From Patescibacteria group bacterium (lineage in GTDB: Bacteria > Patescibacteriota > Patescibacteriia > UBA2591 > UBA6264): a stretch of DNA of 43,498 bases. The notes under the pieces are model-generated. The model had not been told where the DNA came from. It saw only the letters and a list, made by a program, of their open reading frames with translations, and ran no database searches. The position numbers were made by a program, and so were the translations under genes. Every line of letters begins with the position of its first letter. Within the stretch, counting starts at the first letter, position 1. The DNA lies in NCBI GenBank assembly GCA_018896315.1, contig JAHIMV010000081.1, forward strand, positions 1 through 43,498. Direction: 5' to 3'. Positions 25,956 to 33,264 of this stretch are shown here, one piece after another.

Positions 25956-26650
25956 TGTTAAAAGTTTCAGTTTACAATCAAGAAGGAAAAGTAATTGGAC
26001 AAGAAGAATTAGATCCTGAAATTTTTGGATTGGAAAGTAAACCTGATTTAATTCATCAAACCGTAGTATCTCTTATGGCTAATCAGCGCCATGCTTTTGC
26101 TCATGTTAAAACTCGTTCAGAAGTACGGGGAGGAGGAAGAAAACCTTGGAGACAAAAGGGGACTGGTCGGGCTCGAGCAGGCACAATTCGTTCACCTTTG
26201 TGGCGGGGCGGTGGAATCACTTTTGGTCCAGATAAAAATAGGAATTATTCTCAGAAAATTAATAGAAAAGCTAAAAGACAAGTGCTTTTTATGTGTCTTT
26301 CTGATAAAGTTAAAGAAGAAAGAATGTATGTTTTGGATAAGTTAGAAATGCCTGAAATCAAAACCAAAAAGTTTACTCAAATTTTATTTAAGTTGATTCC
26401 TGAATATAAAGACAAGACTTCCGCCAAAGGCGGATCCGCCTCCGGCGGAAAAAAAATCCTTTTTGGCTTGCCTGAGAAGGATTTAAATATAATTAGATCT
26501 GTACGAAATATTAAAGGTTTAAAAACTATGCCGATTATTAATTTAAATATTTTAGACTGTTTAAAGGCAGACTATTTATTAACCACTTTAGACGGTGTAA
26601 AAAAAATTCAAGAACATTTTAAAATAGATGGCTCACCATTAAATAAATAA
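25955..26650 (+). CDS. rplD: 50S ribosomal protein L4
   Basis: RSEVRGGGRKPWRQKGTGRARAGTIRSPLWRGGG. ATG overlaps the rplC stop by 1 nt. Contains a GC-rich hairpin pair in frame at 26421..26448. Confidence 0.93.
   Translation: MLKVSVYNQEGKVIGQEELDPEIFGLESKPDLIHQTVVSLMANQRHAFAHVKTRSEVRGGGRKPWRQKGTGRARAGTIRSPLWRGGGITFGPDKNRNYSQKINRKAKRQVLFMCLSDKVKEERMYVLDKLEMPEIKTKKFTQILFKLIPEYKDKTSAKGGSASGGKKILFGLPEKDLNIIRSVRNIKGLKTMPIINLNILDCLKADYLLTTLDGVKKIQEHFKIDGSPLNK
26421..26448 (+). repeat. GC-rich double-hairpin motif inside rplD
   Basis: ccgcc-aaa-ggcgg at ccgcc-tcc-ggcgg, translated SAKGGSASGG. GC-rich island in an AT-rich gene. Confidence 0.75.
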
Positions 26651-26735
26651 AACATGGGAATTTTCACCCAGTTTAGAAATTTAATGGGGTAAAAGAAGTA
26701 ATTGATTGAAAATTAGATATATTAAAAATACTTTT

Positions 26736-27218
26736 ATGGCAGAAAAAAGACTTAAAAAATTTCTAACGGGGTTTAAAAGAAAAATAAAGCCAGCGGTTAA
26801 GAAAGAAGAAGTTAAAAAGGAAAAAGTGGAAAAGGCAAAGGAAATAGAAAAAGATGAGAAAATAGAAGATAAAAAGCAACAGAAATCTAAAACAGAAATA
26901 AAAAAAACTGTTAAAAAATTAATACAAAGACAAGGAGTTGATATCTCAATTTTACTAAGACCAATTATTACAGAAAAAGCAACTGACCAAGAGGTCAAGG
27001 GATGCTATATTTTTGAAGTTAATTCAAAGGCAAACAAAATTTCAATAAAAAAAGCAATTGAACAAATTTACGGAGTCAAACCCTTAAGAGTAAATATTAT
27101 TCGAGTACGTGGGAAAAAAGTAAGATATGGGCGTTCAACAGGTAAAACAAAGGCATGGAAAAAAGCTTTAGTTTTTCTAAAAAAAGGAGATAAGCTGCAG
27201 TTTGTGCAGAAATCCTAA
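26736..27218 (+). CDS. rplW: 50S ribosomal protein L23 with ~70-aa Lys/Glu-rich N-terminal extension
   Basis: L23 core ILLRPIITEKA..FEV...ANK..IK.A.E..YGVKP..VN begins about residue 75. First ATG is at 26736 (track start 26706 is TTG). Confidence 0.85.
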   Translation: MAEKRLKKFLTGFKRKIKPAVKKEEVKKEKVEKAKEIEKDEKIEDKKQQKSKTEIKKTVKKLIQRQGVDISILLRPIITEKATDQEVKGCYIFEVNSKANKISIKKAIEQIYGVKPLRVNIIRVRGKKVRYGRSTGKTKAWKKALVFLKKGDKLQFVQKS

Positions 27219-27395
27219 ATAATAAATAACAAATAACAAACAATATCCAATGACCAAAATCCAAATGACCAAAACAAATACGTTTAGAATTTAGAATTTT
27301 GCCCCGGCCTTCGTAGCCGAAGCTACTTCGGCGGAGTAGGCAATTTGTTTAGAATTTGGTGCTTGGTGTTTGGAATTTGGAGCGAAGCGACTATT
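27219..27395. repeat. structured spacer (rplW-rplB) ending in the gagcgaagcga..ATG motif
   Basis: ccaaaatccaaatgaccaaaacaaat versus atttgtttagaatttggtgcttggtgtttggaatttgg arms, GC hairpins in the centre. 3' end ggagcgaagcgactattATG resembles 830..849. Confidence 0.55.
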
Positions 27396-28238
27396 ATGCT
27401 TAAAATATCTAAACCAACAACTCCAGGTAGGAGAAAAATGAGCGTGGTTGATACTAGTGGACTATCAAAAGTGAGACCATTAAAGAAATTGGTTAGTATA
27501 AGAAAACAAAAAGCAGGCCGAAGCAAAGGAAAGATTACTGTTCGTCACCAAGGCGGGGGAGAAAAAAGATTTTACAGAAAGATTGATTTTAGGCAAGATA
27601 AATTTGATATCCCGGCGAAAGTTAAAACATTGGAATATGATCCAAATCGTTCTGCTTGGATTGCTTTATTACATTATACGGACGGAGAAAAGAGATATAT
27701 ACTTGCTCCGCACAGTCTTAAAGTAGGTGATGAGATTATTAGTTCAAAAAAGAAGATTGATGCAAAATTAGGCCATCGCATGCCTTTAAAATACATTCCA
27801 GTGGGCATGGCCATTCACAATATAGAATTAATGCCAAATCAAGGTGGAAAAATTGTTCGTTCGGCTGGTAATTCAGCTATTTTAATGGTTGTGAATGATG
27901 GGTTTGCGCAAATTAAACTGCCCTCATCTGAAAGAAGGCTTGTTAAAGAAGATTGTTTAGCTAGTTGCGGTCAGGTTAGTAATCCAGAGTGGCGATTTAT
28001 TCGCTGGGGAAAAGCTGGTAGGATGCGTCATAGAGGAATTAGACCTTCAGTTCGCGGTAAAGCAATGGCCCCAGTGGCTCATCCACACGGTGGAGGAGAG
28101 GGTAATTCACCTATTGGTTTAAAAAATCCTAAAACCCCTTGGGGAAAACCAGCCTTAGGGCCAAAGACTAGAAAAAAGAAAAAATGGACTAATAAATATA
28201 TTGTCCAAAGAAGAATTAAAAAAAGAAGAAAAAAGTAA
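27396..28238 (+). CDS. rplB: 50S ribosomal protein L2
   Basis: MLKISKPTTPGRRKMS.., HPHGGGEG. The track ORF start 27345 lies inside the upstream repeat, so the internal ATG at 27396 was chosen. Confidence 0.93.
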   Translation: MLKISKPTTPGRRKMSVVDTSGLSKVRPLKKLVSIRKQKAGRSKGKITVRHQGGGEKRFYRKIDFRQDKFDIPAKVKTLEYDPNRSAWIALLHYTDGEKRYILAPHSLKVGDEIISSKKKIDAKLGHRMPLKYIPVGMAIHNIELMPNQGGKIVRSAGNSAILMVVNDGFAQIKLPSSERRLVKEDCLASCGQVSNPEWRFIRWGKAGRMRHRGIRPSVRGKAMAPVAHPHGGGEGNSPIGLKNPKTPWGKPALGPKTRKKKKWTNKYIVQRRIKKRRKK

Positions 28239-28248
28239 AGGGCTTTCT

Positions 28249-28282
28249 TAAAAATTTCAAGTTGTAGACGTAGAAATTTTTA
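28249..28282 (+). repeat. H1 hairpin module, copy after the rplB stop
   Basis: taaaaatttc .. gaaattttta (10-bp stem, different sequence, same position). Preceded by taa-agggcttt. Confidence 0.7.
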
Positions 28283-28295
28283 TTAGAAAACCTTT

Positions 28296-28353
28296 ACCCT
28301 GTTAAATAATTTGTAAAGCAAATTAAAAATCAAAAATTTTTGTTTAACAGGGT
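28296..28353 (+). repeat. family A core, copy b (rplB-rpsS spacer), divergent inner hairpins
   Basis: Same outer stem accctgttaaa..tttaacagggt. Both inner hairpins are replaced by different self-complementary sequences (aatttg-taaag-caaatt; aaaaat-caa-aaattttt). Confidence 0.85.
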
Positions 28354-28383
28354 GCTCGAAAATTAATAAATTAATTTTTTCGC
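28354..28383 (+). promoter_or_regulatory. leader module L1 (gctc + AT palindrome + ttcgc-ATG) before rpsS
   Basis: gctcgaaaattaataaattaattttttcgc then ATG. No SD-like purine tract. Confidence 0.8.
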
Positions 28384-28680
28384 ATGGGAAGAAGTTTGAA
28401 AAAAGGACCTTGGGTTGACCCAAGATTACTCAAAAAAATTTCCAATTTAAAAAGAGGAGATAAAACAATAATTAAAACCTGGTCACGTAATTCAACAATT
28501 ACTCCGGAAATGATTGGTTTTACAATTGGGGTCCATAATGGTAAGACACATTTATCAGTATTTATTGTTGAAAATATGGTCGGGCACAAGCTTGGAGAAT
28601 TTTCTCCGACCAGAAAATTTGTCAAACATGGAGGTAAGATGCAAAGAGGATTAGAAGCAGCCGTTAAGAAATCAAAATAA
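28384..28680 (+). CDS. rpsS: 30S ribosomal protein S19
   Basis: [34 protein letters not shown]. Confidence 0.95.
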   Translation: MGRSLKKGPWVDPRLLKKISNLKRGDKTIIKTWSRNSTITPEMIGFTIGVHNGKTHLSVFIVENMVGHKLGEFSPTRKFVKHGGKMQRGLEAAVKKSK

Positions 28681-28883
28681 TCCCTCACCCTTTGGCGATA
28701 ATACTTCGCATTAGTGCTTCGCATTTTTAAACAAGTGTATTTAAAATTAAAAATAAAAAATCAAAATGCAAAATTTAGGTATCAAAAATTTTTCTTGAAA
28801 ATTTTTGATGATTGTATTTTATTTAATTTTAACATTTTTAATTGTCATTTTGATATTTGATATTTACATTTTACATTTATATT
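28681..28883. repeat. AT-rich long-hairpin spacer (rpsS-rplV), E-like
   Basis: Central 11-bp hairpin atcaaaaattt/aaatttttgat (28781..28809) flanked by an A-rich left arm and a quasi-complementary T-rich right arm (..ttttaattgtcattttgatattt). Confidence 0.6.
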
Positions 28884-29438
28884 ATGCAAGTAAAAGCTAA
28901 AGGAAAATATTTAAGAATATCCAGTAAAAAGATGAGGCTGGTAACAGACCTAATTAGAGGAATGGACTTAAAAGATGCCTTAGATTCTTTAAATTTTGTT
29001 CCTAAAAAGTCAGCCCGTTTTATTAACAAGGTTTTAAAGTCAGCTTTAGCTAATGCAGAACATAATTTTGATTTAAAAAAAGAAAATCTTTTTATTAAAG
29101 AAATTTTTGTTAATGAAGGGCCTACTCTTAAGAGATGGAGGCCAAGAGCTTTTGGTCGGGCCGGACAGGTTCGTAAAAGAAGCTCACATTTAGAAATTAT
29201 TTTAGGGGAAAAAATTCCTAGTTCAGAGACCAGATCTGTTAAAACAAAAATTAAAGAACCAATAATTGAATCTATTTCTAAAGATAAGATTGAAGAAAAA
29301 AAGCCGGTGGAAGAAACAGAAGAAGAAACGTTAAATCGACTTCAAGGAAAACATCAATCTAAACCAAATTATTACCAAAAAAAGGGTAAAGGGTTTAGAG
29401 GGAGTTTAAAAAAGATTTTTAGAAGAAAAACTATATAA
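28884..29438 (+). CDS. rplV: 50S ribosomal protein L22 with ~70-aa C-terminal extension
   Basis: MQVKAKGKYLRISSKKMRLV.DLIRG..V..AL..L.F, RA.GRA..VRKR.SH. Internal ATG at 28884 chosen over the track start 28857. Confidence 0.88.
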   Translation: MQVKAKGKYLRISSKKMRLVTDLIRGMDLKDALDSLNFVPKKSARFINKVLKSALANAEHNFDLKKENLFIKEIFVNEGPTLKRWRPRAFGRAGQVRKRSSHLEIILGEKIPSSETRSVKTKIKEPIIESISKDKIEEKKPVEETEEETLNRLQGKHQSKPNYYQKKGKGFRGSLKKIFRRKTI

Positions 29439-29448
29439 AGAGCTTTGT

Positions 29449-29481
29449 CTGAAATTTGGAGAACTAGCGAACAAATTTCAG
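29449..29481 (+). repeat. H1 hairpin module, copy after the rplV stop
   Basis: ctgaaatttg ..agcgaa.. caaatttcag (10-bp stem). Preceded by taa-agagctttgt. Confidence 0.7.
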
Positions 29482-29494
29482 TAACAAAACCTTT

Positions 29495-29622
29495 ACCCAG
29501 CACTTATTTTGCGAAGCAAAAACAAAATTTTATATATAACAAGATAAGATAGGTTTATTTCTCGCGAAAGAGCGTTAAAACACTCTTTCGCTAAGACTCA
29601 CTTGGCAGAATAAGTGCTGGGT
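29495..29622 (+). repeat. family B element, copy 2 (rplV-rpsC spacer), diverged
   Basis: Same termini (acccagcacttatt / aataagtgctgggt) and the same inner gcgaaagag hairpin, with several substitutions and indels. Confidence 0.85.
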
Positions 29623-29687
29623 GCTCAAATTTGTAACGAAATTTCCTTCGTTACTTCGTAACTCGTAAATTTAGACAAATTTAGCAT
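29623..29687 (+). promoter_or_regulatory. leader module L2 variant before rpsC
   Basis: gctcaaatttgtaacgaaatttccttcgttac...gacaaatttagcat then ATG. 5' caaatttg and 3' caaattt co-vary relative to the other copies. Confidence 0.7.
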
Positions 29688-30332
29688 ATGGGAAGAAAAG
29701 TAAATCCAAAAATTTTCCGTATTCCCTTAATCAGAGATTGGGAATCAAAGTGGTTTGCAAAAAAGCACGAATTTAAACGATTCTTAAAAGAGGATATACA
29801 GATTAGAGAGTTTTTATCAAAAAGACTAAAGAATTGTGGTATTTCTAATATTAGTATTGAAAGGTTGGCTAATATTATAAGAATCAGCATATCCACTGGT
29901 AAGCCTGGATTAATTATTGGTCGAGGAGGTCTTGATATTGAAAAATTAAAAAAAGAATTAAAAGTTTTTGTCAGCGATGGAATTGTTTTAGAAGTTAATG
30001 TTATTGAAGAGAAAAAACCAATGCTTTCCGCTGATGTGATTTTAGAAGGAGCAATTGCTGATTTAGAAAAAAGGTTTCCTTTCCGTCGAGTGATGAAAAA
30101 AGTTATTAGACAGGCTAAAACAAGCGAGGCCAAAGGAATGAAAATCATCCTTAGCGGACGTTTGGGGGGAGTTGAGATTTCTCGATCAGAAAAATTGATT
30201 TGGGGGAACTTACCGCTTCATACTTTGCGAGCAGACATTGATTATGCTCGTGGCACAGCCGCAACAACATATGGTTCAATCGGAGTTAAAATCTGGGTTT
30301 ATCGAGGAGAAAAATTTAGTAATTCTGTCTGA
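29688..30332 (+). CDS. rpsC: 30S ribosomal protein S3
   Basis: MGRKVNPKIFRI..W.SKWFA, KH domain GKPGLIIGRGG, GRLGG.EI.R.E. Confidence 0.95.
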   Translation: MGRKVNPKIFRIPLIRDWESKWFAKKHEFKRFLKEDIQIREFLSKRLKNCGISNISIERLANIIRISISTGKPGLIIGRGGLDIEKLKKELKVFVSDGIVLEVNVIEEKKPMLSADVILEGAIADLEKRFPFRRVMKKVIRQAKTSEAKGMKIILSGRLGGVEISRSEKLIWGNLPLHTLRADIDYARGTAATTYGSIGVKIWVYRGEKFSNSV

Positions 30333-30378
30333 TATTTTTAAGTCCAGAGGACGTAGAAAATTCAGCTACAGAATTGCT

Positions 30379-30508
30379 ACCCAGCACTTATTTTGCGAAA
30401 CAGAAACAAAATTTTATATATATAACAAGGTAAAATAAGTTTATTTTTCGCGAAAGAGCGTTAAAACACTCTTTCGCCAAGACATACCTAGCAAAATAAG
30501 TGCTGGGT
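30379..30508 (+). repeat. family B element, copy 3 (rpsC-rplP spacer)
   Basis: Reads identically to 7747..7876. Confidence 0.9.
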
Positions 30509-30539
30509 GCTCAAAAATTAATAAATTAATTTTTTTCGC
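30509..30539 (+). promoter_or_regulatory. leader module L1 before rplP
   Basis: gctcaaaaattaataaattaatttttttcgc then ATG. Confidence 0.8.
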
Positions 30540-30959
30540 ATGTTAATGCCCAAGAAACAAAAGTATAGAAAGAGCCACAAAGGAAGAAGGAGAACAAAAA
30601 GTCAAGCAACAAGGGGAACTACGGTTAGTTTTGGTGATTTTGGATTAAAAACATTAGAGCATCGTTGGATCACTGCTCGTCAAATTGAGACGGTGCGCCG
30701 AACACTTACCCGAGTATTTAAAAAAAGAGGAAAGATTTGGATTAGAATTTTTCCTAATAAACCAGTTACGGCTAAAAGTTCAGAGATTCCTATGGGCGGG
30801 GGTAAAGGAGCGGTTGACCACTATGTCGTTGCGGTAAAACCAGGAATGATTCTTTTTGAGGTCACCGGAATTGATAAAGAATCGGCCCAAAAAGCGTTTA
30901 AAGCAGCTTCATATAAATTGCCAGTGAAAACTAAGTTTGTTAGCAAAGATAATATTTAA
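30540..30959 (+). CDS. rplP: 50S ribosomal protein L16
   Basis: MLMPKKQKYRK.HKGR.., RWITARQIE..RR.LTR, MGGGKG. Confidence 0.95.
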   Translation: MLMPKKQKYRKSHKGRRRTKSQATRGTTVSFGDFGLKTLEHRWITARQIETVRRTLTRVFKKRGKIWIRIFPNKPVTAKSSEIPMGGGKGAVDHYVVAVKPGMILFEVTGIDKESAQKAFKAASYKLPVKTKFVSKDNI

Positions 30960-30962
30960 AAA

Positions 30963-31148
30963 ATGAAGACAGAGGAACTTAAACCAAAAACAAAAAAAGA
31001 ACTGGAAAGATTGTTAGAAGATTCTAGGGAAAAACTACGTAATCTACATTTTGATATTCAAATGAAGCAGTCAAAAAATGTAAGGGAAATAAGAAAAGCA
31101 AAGAAATTAATTGCTAAAATACTTACATTTATTAATCAAAAAAATTAA
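30963..31148 (+). CDS. rpmC: 50S ribosomal protein L29
   Basis: 61 aa, LKPKTKKELERLLEDSREKLRNLHF, conserved position between rplP and rpsQ. Confidence 0.85.
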   Translation: MKTEELKPKTKKELERLLEDSREKLRNLHFDIQMKQSKNVREIRKAKKLIAKILTFINQKN

Positions 31149-31149
31149 T

Positions 31150-31401
31150 ATGGCCAAAAAAAGATTTCAAGGAGTAGTGACTAGTGATAAGATGGATAAA
31201 ACCATTGTTGTTATGATAAATCGGACAAAGGTGCATCCTATCTATAAAAAGAGATATCAGGTTAGTAAAAAATATAAAGTTCATGATCAGAAAAATGAAG
31301 CTAAAATTGGTGATCAAGTTACTTTTGAGGAATGCAGACCTTTGTCAAAAGATAAAAAGTGGAGATTAATAACGATTTTGTCTGAAAAAGCGAGCTCGTA
31401 G
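31150..31401 (+). CDS. rpsQ: 30S ribosomal protein S17
   Basis: MAKKRFQGVVTSDKMDKTIVV......HPIYKKR...SKKYKVHD..N.A.IGD.V...E.RPLSK.K.W. ATG at 31150 (the track start 31111 overlaps rpmC). Confidence 0.92.
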   Translation: MAKKRFQGVVTSDKMDKTIVVMINRTKVHPIYKKRYQVSKKYKVHDQKNEAKIGDQVTFEECRPLSKDKKWRLITILSEKASS

Positions 31402-31430
31402 AGCGAAGGTTTTTTGGTAACAAAATCGTT

Positions 31431-31488
31431 ACCCTGTTAAATAATTTCGCTAAAAGCGAAATTGCCGCAGGGCGGCATTTAACAGGGT
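31431..31488 (+). repeat. family A core, copy c (rpsQ-rplN spacer)
   Basis: As copy a, but the loop of hairpin 1 is aaaa instead of tttt and hairpin 2 is gccgc-agg-gcggc. Confidence 0.9.
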
Positions 31489-31518
31489 GCTCAAAAATTA
31501 ATAAATTAATTTTTTCGC
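31489..31518 (+). promoter_or_regulatory. leader module L1 before rplN
   Basis: gctcaaaaattaataaattaattttttcgc then ATG. aaaaattaat/attaattttt is a 10-bp self-complement. Confidence 0.8.
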
Positions 31519-31890
31519 ATGATTCAACCGGAAACAAGACTAAAAGTTATTGATAACACTGGAGCTAAAGAAATACAGTGTATTCGCGTTTTAGGCGGTT
31601 ATAGGAAGAGATATGCTCGTATTGGTGATATTATTACAGCGACAATTAAAAAAGCTGTTCCTCACACTTCAGTAAAAAAAGGAGAGGTGATTCATGCGGT
31701 TATTGTTAGAACAAAAAAAGAAACTCGTCGGGCCAATGGTGTTTATATCAGATTTGATGATAATGCCGCGGTGATTGTTGATAGAAAGACTAAAGAACCA
31801 AAAGGAGGTAGAGTTTTTAGTGTTGTTGCTAGAGAATTAAGAAAAAAAGGTTTTACCAAGATCGTCTCTTTAGCCCCCGAAGTACTTTAG
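31519..31890 (+). CDS. rplN: 50S ribosomal protein L14
   Basis: [27 protein letters not shown]...RYA.IGD.I. Confidence 0.96.
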   Translation: MIQPETRLKVIDNTGAKEIQCIRVLGGYRKRYARIGDIITATIKKAVPHTSVKKGEVIHAVIVRTKKETRRANGVYIRFDDNAAVIVDRKTKEPKGGRVFSVVARELRKKGFTKIVSLAPEVL

Positions 31891-31949
31891 TGATTTTATC
31901 TGATAAAATCGAGGCCGCCGGGCGAAGATTTTTCAGCTACAAAATCGCT

Positions 31950-32007
31950 ACCCTGTTAAATAATTTCGCTTTTAGCGAAATTGCCGCAAAGCGGCATTTA
32001 ACAGGGT
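31950..32007 (+). repeat. family A core, copy d (rplN-rplX spacer)
   Basis: accctgttaaataatttcgcttttagcgaaattgccgcaaagcggcatttaacagggt. Confidence 0.9.
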
Positions 32008-32037
32008 GCTCAAAAATTAATAAATTAATTTTTTCGC
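32008..32037 (+). promoter_or_regulatory. leader module L1 before rplX
   Basis: Identical to the rplN copy. Confidence 0.8.
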
Positions 32038-32346
32038 ATGAAAATAAAAAAAGGTGACACAGTACAAATAATTAATGGTAAAGATAAAGGAAAAAAGGGG
32101 AAAGTGATCCGATCTTTACTTAAAGAAGGCAAGATAGTTGTTGAGGGTTTAAATGTGGTAACTAAGCATGTTCGGCCAAAAAAATCTGGAGAAAAGGGAC
32201 AAAGAATCAAGATGGCTACCCCTTTGTATGTTTCAAAGGTAATGTTGATTTGTCCTCATTGCAAAAAAAGAGTTAGAGTGGGATACAAAATTTTAACTGA
32301 TAATAGAAAAAAAAGAATTTGTCGAAAATGTAAAGATATAATATAA
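32038..32346 (+). CDS. rplX: 50S ribosomal protein L24 (C-terminal CxxC..CxxC)
   Basis: MKIKKGDTVQIINGKDKGKKGKV (KOW motif). C-terminus CPHCKKRVRVGYK...RICRKCKD. Confidence 0.92.
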   Translation: MKIKKGDTVQIINGKDKGKKGKVIRSLLKEGKIVVEGLNVVTKHVRPKKSGEKGQRIKMATPLYVSKVMLICPHCKKRVRVGYKILTDNRKKRICRKCKDII

Positions 32347-32356
32347 AGGGCTTTGT

Positions 32357-32392
32357 CTAAATTTTGGAGTCCGAAGGGCGAACAAAATTTGG
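32357..32392 (+). repeat. H1 hairpin module, copy after the rplX stop
   Basis: ctaaattttg ..ggcgaa.. caaaatttgg. Preceded by taa-agggctttgt. Confidence 0.7.
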
Positions 32393-32405
32393 TAACAAAA
32401 CCTTT

Positions 32406-32463
32406 ACCCTGTTAAATAATTTCGCTTTTAGCGAAATTGCCGCAGGGCGGCATTTAACAGGGT
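32406..32463 (+). repeat. family A core, copy e (rplX-rplE spacer)
   Basis: accctgttaaataatttcgcttttagcgaaattgccgcagggcggcatttaacagggt. Confidence 0.9.
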
Positions 32464-32520
32464 GCTCATAATTGTAACGAAATTTATTTCGTTACGAGTA
32501 ACTTATAAATTTCGATAATT
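32464..32520 (+). promoter_or_regulatory. leader module L2 before rplE
   Basis: gctCATAATTgtaacgaaatttatttcgttacgagtaacttataaatttcgatAATTATG. Confidence 0.75.
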
Positions 32521-33069
32521 ATGGCAGATTTAAAGCAAATATATTTAAAAAAAGTTGTTCCAGAATTAGTCAAAAAATTTGATTATCAGAACAAGATGGC
32601 TGTTCCTAAGATAGAAAAAATTGTTGTTAATTCTGGATTAAGTCGTGGAACTACAGAGAAAAATTCTAAATATGTTGACATGGTTAGTCAGACAATTGCT
32701 AAAATTACAGGACAACAGCCAGTTAAAAATTTAGCAAAAAAATCAATTGCTGGTTTTAAAATTAGAGAAGGAATGCCAGTTGGCGTAAGTACAACTCTGC
32801 GAGGCCCGAAAATGTATAATTTTCTAGATAAATTAATTAATATTGCTTTACCAAGAATAAGAGATTTTAGAGGACTAAAAAAACAGAGTATTGATCAACA
32901 GGGTAATTTATCAATCGGTTTTAAAGAGCAGGTAGTTTTTCCAGAGATTAATCAGGAAAATCTTGAATCAACCCATGGTTTACAAGTAGTGATTACAACA
33001 ACAACTCAAAGTAAAGAAAAGGCATTAGAATTATTTAAATTATTAGGATTTCCCTTTAGAAAAGAATAA
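32521..33069 (+). CDS. rplE: 50S ribosomal protein L5
   Basis: LKQIYLKKVVPEL.KKF.Y.N.M.VPKIEKIVVN.G.., LP.IRDFRGL. Confidence 0.95.
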   Translation: MADLKQIYLKKVVPELVKKFDYQNKMAVPKIEKIVVNSGLSRGTTEKNSKYVDMVSQTIAKITGQQPVKNLAKKSIAGFKIREGMPVGVSTTLRGPKMYNFLDKLINIALPRIRDFRGLKKQSIDQQGNLSIGFKEQVVFPEINQENLESTHGLQVVITTTTQSKEKALELFKLLGFPFRKE

Positions 33070-33078
33070 ATTTGACAT

Positions 33079-33264
33079 ATGGCAACTAAAGGACAAGTAG
33101 TTAAATCAAATAAAGAGCCTAAATATCGGACACGAAAAGTACGACGTTGTTGGCGTTGCGGAAGAAGACATGGCTATATGAGAGAATTTGATGTTTGTCG
33201 CATTTGCTTTAGAGAATTAGCAACTAAGGGGGCAATCCCAGGTATAAGAAAATCATCTTGGTAA
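33079..33264 (+). CDS. rpsN: 30S ribosomal protein S14, type Z (zinc form)
   Basis: 61 aa with [23 protein letters not shown]. Confidence 0.93.
   Translation: MATKGQVVKSNKEPKYRTRKVRRCWRCGRRHGYMREFDVCRICFRELATKGAIPGIRKSSW

Noticed and set aside
26091-26998. ORFs 26091..26345 (+) and 26681..26998 (-)
   Set aside because: The first is an off-frame ORF inside rplD. The second is the antisense reading of the Lys/Glu-rich rplW extension (poly-Phe/Ser/Leu).
27323-30438. ORFs 27323..27526 (-), 28371..28724 (-), 29681..30148 (-), 30238..30438 (+)
   Set aside because: They are antisense to or off-frame within rplB, rpsS and rpsC. The last one runs from the rpsC 3' end into the family B repeat. None has independent coding evidence.
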